DNA from: Glaucostegus cemiculus
Taxonomy: Eukaryota
Length of the DNA stretch: 64,000 nt
Assembly: GCA_976551045.1 (NCBI GenBank)
Contig: CDPCPM010000010.1
Coordinates: forward strand, 20,956,001 to 21,020,000
Direction of reading: 5' to 3'
This document shows, one piece after another, positions 27,301 to 38,569 of this stretch. Every line of letters begins with the position of its first letter. Position 1 is the first letter of the stretch. A program made the position numbers and the translations under genes. The notes under the pieces were generated by a model. The model saw nothing but the letters and a program-made list of their open reading frames with translations. It ran no database searches and had not been told where the DNA came from.

Positions 27301-27982
27301 CCAATCCATTCAGTCTGTCCCAAAGTAATAGGGACCCATGGTTTAAAGCAAATATTTGGCGTTGTAAATTTGCGTGAGGACTGCATTTTGGTTCTAACCT
27401 TCTAGTGGCACAGTACTATCATGAGCAAGTACAAAGGTGATCAGTTTGGGATACTTTAAACACATTCCTCTGTCTTACAAGACCATATTCATCCTTCATA
27501 TCTTCACCCAATGGTGTGTGCATATAGTTACACAGCTCCTTTGATGACTGTTTATGGGCAGTCTATAGTACTACCATTTTTCTTAATGGCATGATGTCCA
27601 AAGAATAATATTTGAAATGGGTTTCCCTTCAGAGCAGGCCACTGTTTTCCACCTGATACAGGCGATATTGTTGAGCTCCTGATTACACCACTAAGGGAAT
27701 AAGAACGATCTTCACATCAGGGTAGTACTTGCTACCCAGTCTTGAGAATCCCTTTGAGAATGTAGAAATCGACTAAACTTTTGTTGTGTGGGAATATAGA
27801 GGCATGAATTATTGATCTATTTGGGCACCTCATCTTGTTGGATCTGAGCCAGGTTACATCCCAGTGTCCTATTGCCTATTGACCATAAGCATGGCACAGA
27901 ATTCACTTATTCCTGCTTTGTTCTGTTCTAAATCCCTATTATTCAGTAATTTAGTAGCCTTCACATTGCCTTCTACTATTCA

Positions 27983-29280
27983 AGTTAACCTGCCTTAATG
28001 ACTACTGCCTGTTGGTTCTGACATTCCCCTACCATGAAGTGCTTCGCGAGGCTGGTCACAACACACATTAACTCCAGATAACCATGACCCACTGCAACTC
28101 ACCTACCACCGATAAAGGTCTACAGTCGATGCCATCTCCTTGGCCCTACACCAATCTCTAGAATATCTGGACAGTAAAGACACCTACATTAGAGTATTGT
28201 TAATTGACTACAGCACTACCTTCAATACTATAATTCCAAGCAAACTCATCACCAAACTCCAAAACCTGGGACTCAACACCTCCCTTTGCAACTGGATCCT
28301 TGACTTCCTGACCAACAGAGCCGAGCAATCAGTAAGGATAGGCAGCAGCAACACCACCACCACGATTATTCTCAACACAGTGGTGCCCCATAAAGCTGCG
28401 TCCTCAGCCCCCTACTCCCTGTACACTCAGGACTGCATGGCCAGGTTCTTAATTCCATCTACAAGTTTGCAAATGATACCACTGCATTGGATAGTATCTC
28501 AAATAATGATGAGTCAGAGTACAGGAAGAAGATAGAGAGGTTAGTAACATGGTGTCATAACAACCTTTCCCTCAATGTCAGCAAAACAAAAGAGCTGGTC
28601 ATTGACTTCAGGAAGGGGGAGAGGGGTTTGGTGCACATGCTCCTACCTACATTAATAGTGATGAGGTTGAGAGCTCCAAGTTCCTAGGAGTGAACATCAC
28701 CAACAGCCTGTCCTGGTACAACCACATAGATGCCATAGCTAAGAAAGTTCACCAGCGCCTCTACTTCCTCAGGAGGCTAAAGAAATTTGGCATATCTCCA
28801 TCAATCCTTGCCAAATTTTATCAGTGCACCATAGAAAGCATCCTATCTGGATTTATCACAGCTTGGTATGGCAACTGCTCTGCCTGGGACCACAAGAAAC
28901 TGTAAGGAGTTGTGGACATGGCTCAGCACATTATGGAAACCAGCCTCCATGGACTCTGCCTATACTTCTTGCTCATTGGGCAGAAAATGCAAAAGCTTGA
29001 AACCGTGCACTACCAGCCTCAAGGACAGCTTCTATCTTGCTGTTGTAAGACTATTGAACGGTTAACTGGTATGAGAAAATGGACTCTTGACCTCACATTC
29101 TCTCTCATTATGACCTTGAACCTTGCTAACTGCACTGCACTTTCCCCGTAGCTGTGACACTTTATTCTGCTATTGTTATACCTTGTACTACCTCAATGTT
29201 CCATGTAATGAATCTATCTCTATGAACTGTATGCAAGATGAGATTTTCATTGTAGCTCAGTACATGTGACAATAATATTC
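27983..29280 (+). mobile_element. Rex1-type LINE (RT to tail) inserted in the provirus
   Basis: ORFs 28140, 28487 and 28690 ([19 protein letters not shown]; LNVSKTKELVIDFRK; QRLYFLRRLKKFG). Confidence 0.88.
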
Positions 29281-30795
29281 CAATTTTTGCTTTGTTCTGA
29301 TGCAGGGTTTTAACCTGAAATGTCAACGATTCCTTTCCTCCCACAGATGCTGCTCGACCTGCTGAATTCTTCCAGCAGATTGTTACAACTAATGGGTGTA
29401 TGATTAATTTTAGGCCCATGACAGTTCGAATGTGAGGTCTGTGGTTATGTTTATCTTAGTCAACAATGTGGGTTCCTCTGCTGTTGTCAGAGCAGGTGTA
29501 GTAACGGCACTTGTATGTGTTCATCTGTTTGTGCCAAGATGTACACTCCCACTACTTGGCCTTTTACCTGTTGATTCTTTATGCATTTCTTTACACTGGT
29601 GATTTTAGCCATTCCATGTGGTACTGAACTCCAGTTTATACACATCAAATGTTTACTGCCCATTTTCATCCTCTTGACATCCATAGCTCATTATTCTTTA
29701 AAAGACGTACAATCTGCATTCTATCGTTCTCTGTTCTATGGTTCTTGCTGTGGGAATTGTTTTGATCTCCAGGTTCATCAGGATCAGCACCATCATGGTA
29801 GCCATACTAAGAAAGGGCACAATTCTGGTCCACAGCAGTCTATGAAACCAAGTCGATGCACATACAGTACACTGTACATTTTCTCCCTAGACTGAGCTAG
29901 CTTCTTAGTCCTGTGGATCAGTTAAACAGTTTTAATAGCAATCAATGTTTCCTTCCTTTTTTTTATATCCACACCATCACATGTAATGCTGGTCAATATG
30001 CCCTCACAGACATGCGCACAAAGGGGTATTTTGGGTCACCTACCCTTTCCCTATTTTGGACATTGATTCACTGATGCATTTATTCTTTATCCTGCTCTTG
30101 GATATCTTATGCCCTCTCCTTTCTCAGCTCGTATTGTTGGTTATCTAGTTGTCCCTCCTAATACAGCATTTTACTGTTCCCATTTCCTTGCCACCCATCA
30201 ATATTTACCACTACATGTGTAGAACACCCTGTTATTCATTCAAATGAAGCCTGTCAGGTAGGGTGCTCCAAGCAGATGTATGAATGCACAGGGAAGAATA
30301 TCGACCCATCATTGTTCCATCAGTGCTGTCACCTTTGCCAAACTGGTTTTTAACATCCTGTTCATCCACTCGATCATACCTGAGCTCTGGCTGAAAGAAT
30401 CTGAAATCTCTGCCTAACTCCTAACAATTTACACACCTGCCTTGTAAAGTGTGTACCCTGGTCTGAATCCACCTCTGGAGGAAGTCCCCAGTAAGGGATT
30501 GTATCAAATACATATATTTGGGCTTATGTCCTGGTGCCACACAGGGAAATGCTTCCACTCACCTATCATTACTAAACATTATTTCTTGTCCCTCCTGTAC
30601 TGTGAGGGTTGCAGTCTATCTGTAAGTTCTGTTACAGGTCTTTGGATATTAGTTGGCATGTCATTTTGACCTTGATTGGCTTTCCAAGGTTATACTGGCT
30701 ACATATTATGCATCGCTGGCAAAGTTTAACCAAATCTCTTCCCTTCCCATTCCACCACCAATCCCTCATCAATCTGTCATACTTTGCTTGATGGA

Positions 30796-31920
30796 GGCAC
30801 AAGACACTGCAGATACTGGAATCTGAAGCAAAAATTTGCTGGAAGAACTCAGCGGGTCAGGCAGCATCTGCAGAGGGAAATGGACAGTTGACAGTTTGGG
30901 TTGAGATGCTTCATCTGGCATACACTAAAATGAAGCATCTTGACCCGAAATGTCCCTTGGTTGATCTTGAGTCTTAGGCATATTGCCTGTGATTGTGCTG
31001 CTTTAGGGTTTACTTTGAATCCTGCTTTTTTTAATACCTACAAGCTTACAGTAGACAGTCTACATCTTCATCTTCTGAGGTTAAGTCTTGTCCTTCTGGT
31101 GCTTGGCTTATTACAGAGTGGAATATATTAGCCCTGTTATGAAATCCTGTGAAACTCTGGTCCAAATGTGTTGATTCTCTCTTGGCGTGAATGCAATTTT
31201 TTTTGTGTGCTGTGATCCAATGGCATGCACCAGAACTTGTTGGCAATGTCCAGGAGGGTCTCCAATATTGAGCTACAAGAAAGACTGCAGATGCTGAAAA
31301 TCTGGAGTAACACAAAGTGCCGGAGGAACTCAGTGGGTCAGGCTGCATCTATGGAGGGAAATGGACAGTCATCATTTCTGGTCGAGACCCTTCATCAGAT
31401 CACTATTGAGTTACTTTAAGGCCTGTGTAGTCAACCATCAATCGGTATGATCTGATTGTTTTTTTGTTGTGGAAGAAGCAAAGGGCTGAACAAGATGGAA
31501 TCTGATGGGAGAGGACAGTAGACCATTGAACAGAGGGAATAAAGGGAGGGAGGGTGGTGTGGGTGAAGGGCTGGTCATGGGGGAGGGGAAAGTGAAGGGG
31601 TCAGAGGGATAAGGGTCCCTTTTTGCCTCTTCCACCTGTCACCTAGTTTCTCACATCATTCCCACTTCTTCCCTCCCACCCACCTACCTATCTACCCCCC
31701 CACTTGGATTCACCTATCACCTGTCAGCTCGTGCTCCTCCCCCTCCCCGCACCCTTTTATTCTGGCTTCTGCCCTCTTTCTTTCCAGTCCTGATGAAGGA
31801 TCTGAGCCTGAAATGTTGACTGTTCATTTCCCTCCATAGTTGCTGCCTGACCTGAGTTCCTCCAGCATTTTGTGTGTGTTGCTCCAGCTTTCCAGCATCT
31901 GCAGACTCTCTTGTGTCTCC
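30796..31920. mobile_element. Several Penelope pseudo-LTR fragments inserted in the provirus pol (30796-30955; 31275-31400 minus; 31470-31620 minus joined to 31621-31920 plus)
   Basis: Recurrent GCAGATGCTGGAA..GGAACTCAGC.GGTCAGGCAGCATC motif and CTGATGA..GAAA cores. Confidence 0.75.
31785..31822 (+). ncRNA. Minimal hammerhead ribozyme motif (second copy with intact core)
   Basis: CAGTC-CTGATGA-aggatctgagcct-GAAA-TGTT-GACTG. Confidence 0.6.
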
Positions 31921-32699
31921 ATCTTTTACTAGTGCCACCTTGGTGGTGTTTTCATATGGGGATGGATAATTATATTCCTTGTCTTTGTCGTGGTTATAAG
32001 CCTTGCTGATTGTATACCAATCATTAGGACCATAGGATCCTGGGGACAATTGGTACTGGCTAAGAGGAAGGCATTGGTACACCTTTTGGACAAACCCCAA
32101 CATCTTGACCACCGGTAATCCAGCTTTCTCTTCTGTTCCTTCTCCTGCCATTCCTGTTATTTACCTATTGGCTCATCTAATGCTACCTCTCTTCTTTCTT
32201 GTTCTGTTTCTGTTTTTTTCTCAAGATGGTCATTGATCCCTCTCAAATTCTAGTTTTTCTGTGGCTGTTCTTGTTTCTGCTGTTAATTTGTTGGAGGTAC
32301 ACCACTTTCTGACCTTGCTCTGAAGTGGGCACACTCTTGCAACTTAATTTGGTTTGGACTGTTTAGTGTCAGGAGTCTACCTCGTTCTGAGACCCTCCCA
32401 AAGTGAGCAAGTCACTATCGACTTGTACCAAGGAACATCTTGCTGTGCTGGCTTCAACCGGACTGAGGTTCAACTCTGGCCCATAAGTTTGTTGATCCCA
32501 GGGCAGCAGACCACGGTGATTCTGGCTCTTCAACTATGCATGGTAATTTAAAAGGTACTCACAAGGTGGCTCAGCCAGCACTCTTCCAATTCCTCAAAGA
32601 GATCCCATCCCTCTCTCCATTTTGTTGTGGAGTATTTTGCATCAACACCCAACTTGTGGTCTTTTGATCAAACCTTGAGCAGTCTTTACATTACACCAG

Positions 32700-33120
32700 T
32701 GGCAGGATGATTTTTTTCCTGAATTCTGAGAAACTGCTTCCCGAAAATACAGGTCACAAGTCCTTTTGTATATTGTCCTCTAGCATAACATCAGCAGTTA
32801 TTCAGAATGCTATTTGTTCATCATCAATCGCTATTCATTACATCACAAGCAGGAATTATATTTCATCTTATCTGGCAACTCATGGTGTAATTTATTCTCT
32901 CTGGAACTATATCATTTTGATGTGCACATGTCCTTGGGTTGTTTGCATGTAAGACTTTAACTCTGGTCTGAGTCCTTTGAGCTTGTTAAGCTTGTGCCCA
33001 GTCATCTAGAACAGACGCATTGCTATGTTGGCTCAAATCCTTATCTCTTGGCAAGCTGTGATAATTATCTCTTCAATGTTTATGTTGTTTTAACGATTTC
33101 CCATCATCTCTTTCCTGACG
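32700..33120 (-). repeat. 5' LTR of the provirus (~421 bp)
   Basis: Termini are short inverted repeats (plus TGGCAGGA...TCCTGACG; minus (T>C)GTCAGGA...TCCTGCCA). PBS-like TGGTG starts 1 nt inside at 32698. Similar to 25540-25820. Confidence 0.7.
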
Positions 33121-33254
33121 TGGATACAGTAACTCACTTCAGTCAGGGATTGAAAATTGACAATATGTTGACATTTGTAAATTTCATAACTAAATATAAT
33201 GGGCCTGTCCAAGTGAATAAAGACATTGCTCTTTATTCATAAAATATGGGATAT

Positions 33255-34640
33255 TGCAACGCACAGTAAATGCTGGAGGAACTCTGGTCAGGCAGTATCT
33301 ATGGTGAGAAATAAACAGTAGATGATTTGGGTCGAGACCCTTCATCAGGACTGGAAAGGAAGAGAGCAGAAGCCAGAAAAAAGTTGGGGGAGGAGCACAG
33401 GCTGGCAGGTGATGAATTAGTCCAGGTGAGAGGGGGAACGTGGGTGGGGGAGGGGGGAGATGCAAGAAGCTGAGAGGTGATGGGTAGAAGAGGCAAAGGG
33501 CTGAAGGAGGAGGAATCTGGTAGGAGAGGGCAGTAGACAATGGAGTAATGAAGGTGGGGAATAGATGAGCAGATTATGAGGGTGGGGGAAAGAGAAGGAC
33601 GAAGGGAAGACAAAAGGAGGGTGGGAAAAGGGGGGAGAAGAGGGGAGGGGTTAACGGAAGTTAGAGAAATCAATGTTGAGGCCATCAGGTTGCAGACTAC
33701 CAAGATGCAATATGATGTGTTGTTCCTCCAACCTGCGTCTGGTCTCAGTGTGGCAGTAGAAGAGGCCGTGGATATATCCCTGCAACGGCACTAAGTGCTA
33801 CACCTGTCTCTACAACTCCTCCCGCACCACCATTCAGGGCCCTAGACAGTCCTTCCAGGTGAGGCAACCCCTCACCTGTGAATCTGAGGGTGTCATTTAT
33901 TGCATCTGGTTCTCCCAGTGTGGCCTCCTCTACATCGGTGAGACCCGGCGCAGATTGGGTGACCACTTCGTCGAGCACCTTCACTCCATTCACCGCAAAA
34001 GGAAGGATCTCCCAGTGGCCACCCACTTCATTTCCACATCCCACTCCCATACTGACATGTCCATCCATGACCTTCTCTACTGCCACGTTGAGGCCAGATG
34101 TAGGTTGGAGGAACAACACTTCCTGTTCCGCCTTGGTAGTCTCCATCCTGACTGGCTCAGCCATCTATTTCTCTAACCTGATTAACCCCACTTTTTTTCC
34201 CACCCCCACCCCCTTGATTTTTCCCTCATTCCTGTGGCCCCCCTCTCCTTCCTGCTCTTTCCCCTTCCTCACCCTCATGACCTGTCCATCCATTCCCCAC
34301 CTCCTTCCCTTTATTCCATGGTCCACTTCCCTCTCCTATCGGTTTCCTCCTTCACCCCTTTGCCTCTTCTACCTATGAGCTTCTTGCATCTTCCCCCCCC
34401 TCCCCTCCCCACTCGCCTACCTTCCCCCTATCATCTGAACTCACCTATCACCTGCCTGCATGTGCCCCTCCCCAACCTTCTTAATCTGGCTTCTGCCCTC
34501 CTTTCCAGTCCTGATGAACGGTCTTGACCTGAAACATCGACTGTTTATCTCCCTCCATAGATGCTGCCTGACCTGCTGAGTTCCTCCAGCATTTTGTGTG
34601 TGTTGCTCCAGATTCCAGCATCTGCAGAATCTTGTGTTTG
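33255..34640. mobile_element. Penelope-like element: plus GIY-YIG endonuclease 3' part with pseudo-LTR (33779-34640) and inverted 5' arm (33255-33778)
   Basis: ORF 33859..34176 TCESEGVIYCIW.SQCGLLYIGETRRRLGDHFVEHL (GIY-YIG). The minus arm repeats the ORF C-terminus and pseudo-LTR. Confidence 0.9.
34506..34543 (+). ncRNA. Minimal type I hammerhead ribozyme motif in Penelope pseudo-LTR
   Basis: CAGTC-CTGATGA-acggtcttgacct-GAAA-CATC-GACTG: stem I CAGTC/GACTG, core boxes intact, vestigial stem III. Confidence 0.7.
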
Positions 34641-36185
34641 TGAATAAAGTATATTTTTGGAAAACACACACACTTTTTACACTTTGCATGATATTTGCTA
34701 ATTGTATAATATATTGTCTATGGTTTCTATGTTATGTTTGTGTTGCCTAGTTTGCTTGCACTATTCTTTTTGTTTCATCAGTGAATGTTTTGTGTCTGTT
34801 TCCTTTTGCATACTTATCTGCTTGTATTCTTGCTTGGTACTGAAGCTAAACTTCTCCTGTTACAACTGTGATTCTTCTCCTTTTTCACTGCTGCTTCAAA
34901 AAAGTCTTTGGATTCTTGCGTACCTTCATATATTCTTTCGCCATTTTATTACCTGAATTGACATTACTCTCATCTCATTCTTCCATGTCTACTTGCTCCT
35001 CAGCCATACCCCACTAGCAGACACTGTTCAACTGCTTTCCCGTAGTATGGTAAAAACACCAAAGGCACTACACATTTTGTGCTCTCTTCTGATCTCTTCC
35101 CAACCCATTCAGTGAATTCACCCTGCTATCCCTTCACTGTCCTTCAATCTAAGTGTCTAAAATCTTCATCAGCCCTCCTCAACCATTGCTTGCCTTGAAC
35201 TGGAGATACTGTTCTATTTAATCCATCATTGCTCCATTGGTTATCTCTCTAGCTGTAATACCACACATCAAATGCCAATCGACTTTCTCAATTGTAAAAC
35301 TCCCCCTCGACTGTCAGGAGGAGCTAAGAACAGGGCTATGCAGCTAGAAAATGTGGCTAAACACAGTTTAAAAAAATTAATGAAGAATTTACAATAAAGT
35401 TGTTTCACTTCAAAGCATTGAGAAAATCATAGAATCTGATTTGCATATACCAGTCTTAACACTGCTTAACAGCAGGAGAGCTTTAACTCAGTGACACTTA
35501 ACTGTTTACATATAGAATTCTGTTTTAAACATTTACATTAGCAGTTTTTTTGAATGTTTAGAAGGAAATGTCAAAATCATGACATGTTAGATTTATGGAC
35601 AGGAAGTGCATGCCATATATGAGACTTTGCAATATATCATTTGTTTGCATTCAGTTTTGCTGCTCAGGCCTTCATATATGAACTCTTATTTAAATTTCCT
35701 GAAAGGCACATATAAAATGATTAACATTGCATTTCAGAAGATAAAAATATTAATTGGTTTTGTGGTTAAAAGTTGGACACATTTAATCTTGCATCAATAA
35801 GGTGCACTGGAACTCCCTATTTTCTCGGACATGGGCACAATGTAATGTTTGCTATCCCATTATATAGGATTACTATCCTGTGATCTGTGCTGGAAAATGC
35901 ATGGATCTAGTTGTCAAAAGAAGGCAGGACTGATCTCGTTTGTGGAGCTTGTTATTGCCTGAGCTTGTGAATGCAGCGATACCCTGTGACGTATTGGTAG
36001 TGAGGTTGTCCATGGCAAGAAGCTTAGATGGATCTAAATCTTGCATAATTTTAATACTTATCCTCGCATCCTTCCCTTTTCAGCAGTTGGGACCCCTGGT
36101 AGGCAACTTTTCCTTGAATGATCTTTTCATGTTCTAAAATTTAACCTTAATTTTTCCTTTCATCTCAAATAACTGAATATCCTTT

Positions 36186-36315
36186 GAAAAACACTATGAT
36201 GCTGGAGGAACTCAGCAGGCCAGGCAGCATCTGTGGAGAAAAGCAGGCCTGCTGAGTTCCTCCAGCATCATAGTGTTTTTCATCTAGATTCCAGCATCAG
36301 TAGTCTTTTTGTTTC
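36186..36315. mobile_element. Young Penelope-derived mini-element with internal perfect hairpin and 14-bp TSD
   Basis: TSD ACTGAATATCCTTT at 36172-36185 and 36316-36329. 37-bp perfect inverted arms at 36185-36221 and 36246-36282. Confidence 0.85.
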
Positions 36316-38569
36316 ACTGAATATCCTTTTTTTTGAAACTGGAAAACCAAATCAATCAGCATTCCAGATGTGTCTCATCAGGGCCAAATAGTCTTAATGT
36401 TTCTTGTATATCTGCCAACGACGTTAGACTGATTTGTCAGTTGATGAATGTGACGTTAAAATACATTTTAAAATAGTTCTGCACTGAAGATAATTTTTTT
36501 AAACAAAAAAACATGTTGAAAAGAATCATGTTAATCAACGTTGGAAATTGCATCAATGGAAAATGGGGTCTCTATGGAGATCTGTAAAGACTGTTTTAGT
36601 CTTGCTTCTTATGCTTTCCCATGGCTAAAGAGCTTACTATTAACCACAGTAAAGTTTCGTATGTTCAAAATATTAGGGAACTGTTACTATGCCTTGGCGG
36701 GAGTCAACATGTTCAAAGGTGGAGCCAAGAAAATTATGGAGAGTGCAAGTAATCCCTGCAGCAAGTAACAAGGATGCTATTTTTTTGCCCTATTGCCTAT
36801 TCTATTTAGTTCTTTCGGTTGTAAGCTACCCTTTGAGGATTGATTATAAGATAGGCTTCACATTGTCTGGGGAGCAGTTAGAGATGCTGTAAAATCAGTT
36901 ATTAGAACTAAATATTATTATAGGATCTTTCCATTACTTTAGGTTTGGTATGTGGGTGCAAAATTTCATATTTTCTCCTGTATTGTCCATAAAATAGAGC
37001 TGAGAAAGAACTCAATATAGAAAACCTGCATTGTGCAATTGTAAAATGGACAGCAAATATGAAAATCACTGCTCCTCTAAGTCATACAAATTAGAATGCC
37101 CTGGTATGGTCTCAGAAAAGTAATGGCAAGTGTGGCTCTTACAATCAGCCACAGCATTCATGTATGCTGCTGACCCACACCAAACCTGGTATTCTTAAAT
37201 GCCGTGGGGGCACCTGCAATTGAAAGACTATTTGATAATCTGATAAAATTTGTGCATTTAAAACAAAATGTGCTTGACTTGGTAGCAGCCTATGGTGAAT
37301 TGTACTCTTATTATTAACTTGAAGATGGGGAAAAATATTACAGGTCTCACATTGCAGAATTCTTCAGTACAGTAGTTGGAAATAAGTGAATATAACAAAA
37401 GCAATGTTTTCATACTGGTATTTGAAAAAAAATTAAACTGTTACATTTTGGGAGTTTTCCCCTTAATGGAAAAAAATTGTACATTATATTTAAATATTGA
37501 GGTTTAAAAATGAAATGGGAGCAGTCTTAAAAGATTTAAGCCTATGGCCATTTTTAAGTATTAAAGCTCGATAAACTAGTTGTGGCAAGTTGTACTCCAT
37601 CCTGATTTGAAAATACATTACCAGTCTTTCATACTCATTGGGTCTAAATCCTGGCACATCATCCCAAACCGTACTGTAGGTGGACCCATGGGCTGCTTTA
37701 GTTCAAGAAGGCAGCTCACCACTGCTTTGAAATGCTGATGGGAATGGCCAATAATGTTGGCCTTGCCAGTTTCAGCCAGATTTTGAAAATGAAATATGTA
37801 TCTAGGACTGAAACAATGACAGTTCATTGATTCATCCCAGATTTATCAAGCCAGGAAGGCTTCCATTTGTTTTACCTAAAGCTGCATGTCACAACAATGC
37901 CATGTGGAGTGATTTGTATACAACTGTCCCTTGGTATTTTTCTGGTGAAGTTTTGCTGCTTTTATTTAGAATGGTTGCAATGAATTCTATTTCTTGAGTA
38001 TTTATGACTTGGTTTGGCAAGAGGCAGTTTGCTGAGAATTGTATTTACCCAGTTCCAATCCAGCTCCTTGGCTGACATCATGCAAGTGAGAATCAGGGAG
38101 AAGAGGTGAAACTTTCAATGACTGATCGTAATCAGCAGGGCAGCTCTTACAAGAGTGAGGACATTTACCTAGCCTGACAAGGTGAGGCAGGATGTCTAAT
38201 GTAGTGAGGAGAAACTTGTTCATCAAACCAAATTTGTTACAGTAGATTCTCTCAAAATATCTTTCAATGACATTCACTTTTTGGGGATATAGCACAGACA
38301 ATACCTTGATGTGTATTGCATTGAATTTAGTAGATTACATATCTTATTTAAATAAGTTCCCAGTACCTAGAGAAGTTTTAAAGAATTTTCATAAAAATTG
38401 ATCCCCAAAATATATATTTGTTAAACTAAGTGCAATGGTGACCTATCTAAAGAGTGACAATGGAATATTCTGAAAAGCAAATTGCATTTCAAGATTTTCT
38501 CAAATAGTTGGCATTAATTTATGATGGAACTAGTGTTAAGCAAAATCTGAAGTTGGGTCAAATGACCAA

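Larger units (their letters stand above)
25540..33120 (-). mobile_element. Highly decayed endogenous retrovirus (LTR-gag?-pol-env-LTR) with nested insertions
   Basis: Diverged direct repeats at ~25540-25820 and 32700-33120. On minus, in colinear order: RT (QYQLSP; LLDIANKFWCMPL; GFHNRANIFH..DVDCLL; KKAGFKVNPK), integrase (CQRCIICSQYN; VEAFP; WGLPPEVDSDQGTHFT; QSSGMIEWMNRMLKTSLAK; WVDILP), then an env-position region ending in a TM-like IHP*IQIISHVLVVL. Confidence 0.8.

Noticed and set aside
33213-34649. GTGAATAAAG on both sides as the TSD of the large Penelope structure
   Set aside because: The left copy is ~35 bp from the apparent element end and the motif is AT-rich, so it may be chance.
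16250-38500. A C4orf45/SPMIP2-like paralogue antisense between the two genes
   Set aside because: No FTGPD, GDLxYLWR or YQNPW-like motifs were found by eye; a tBLASTn is needed to exclude it.
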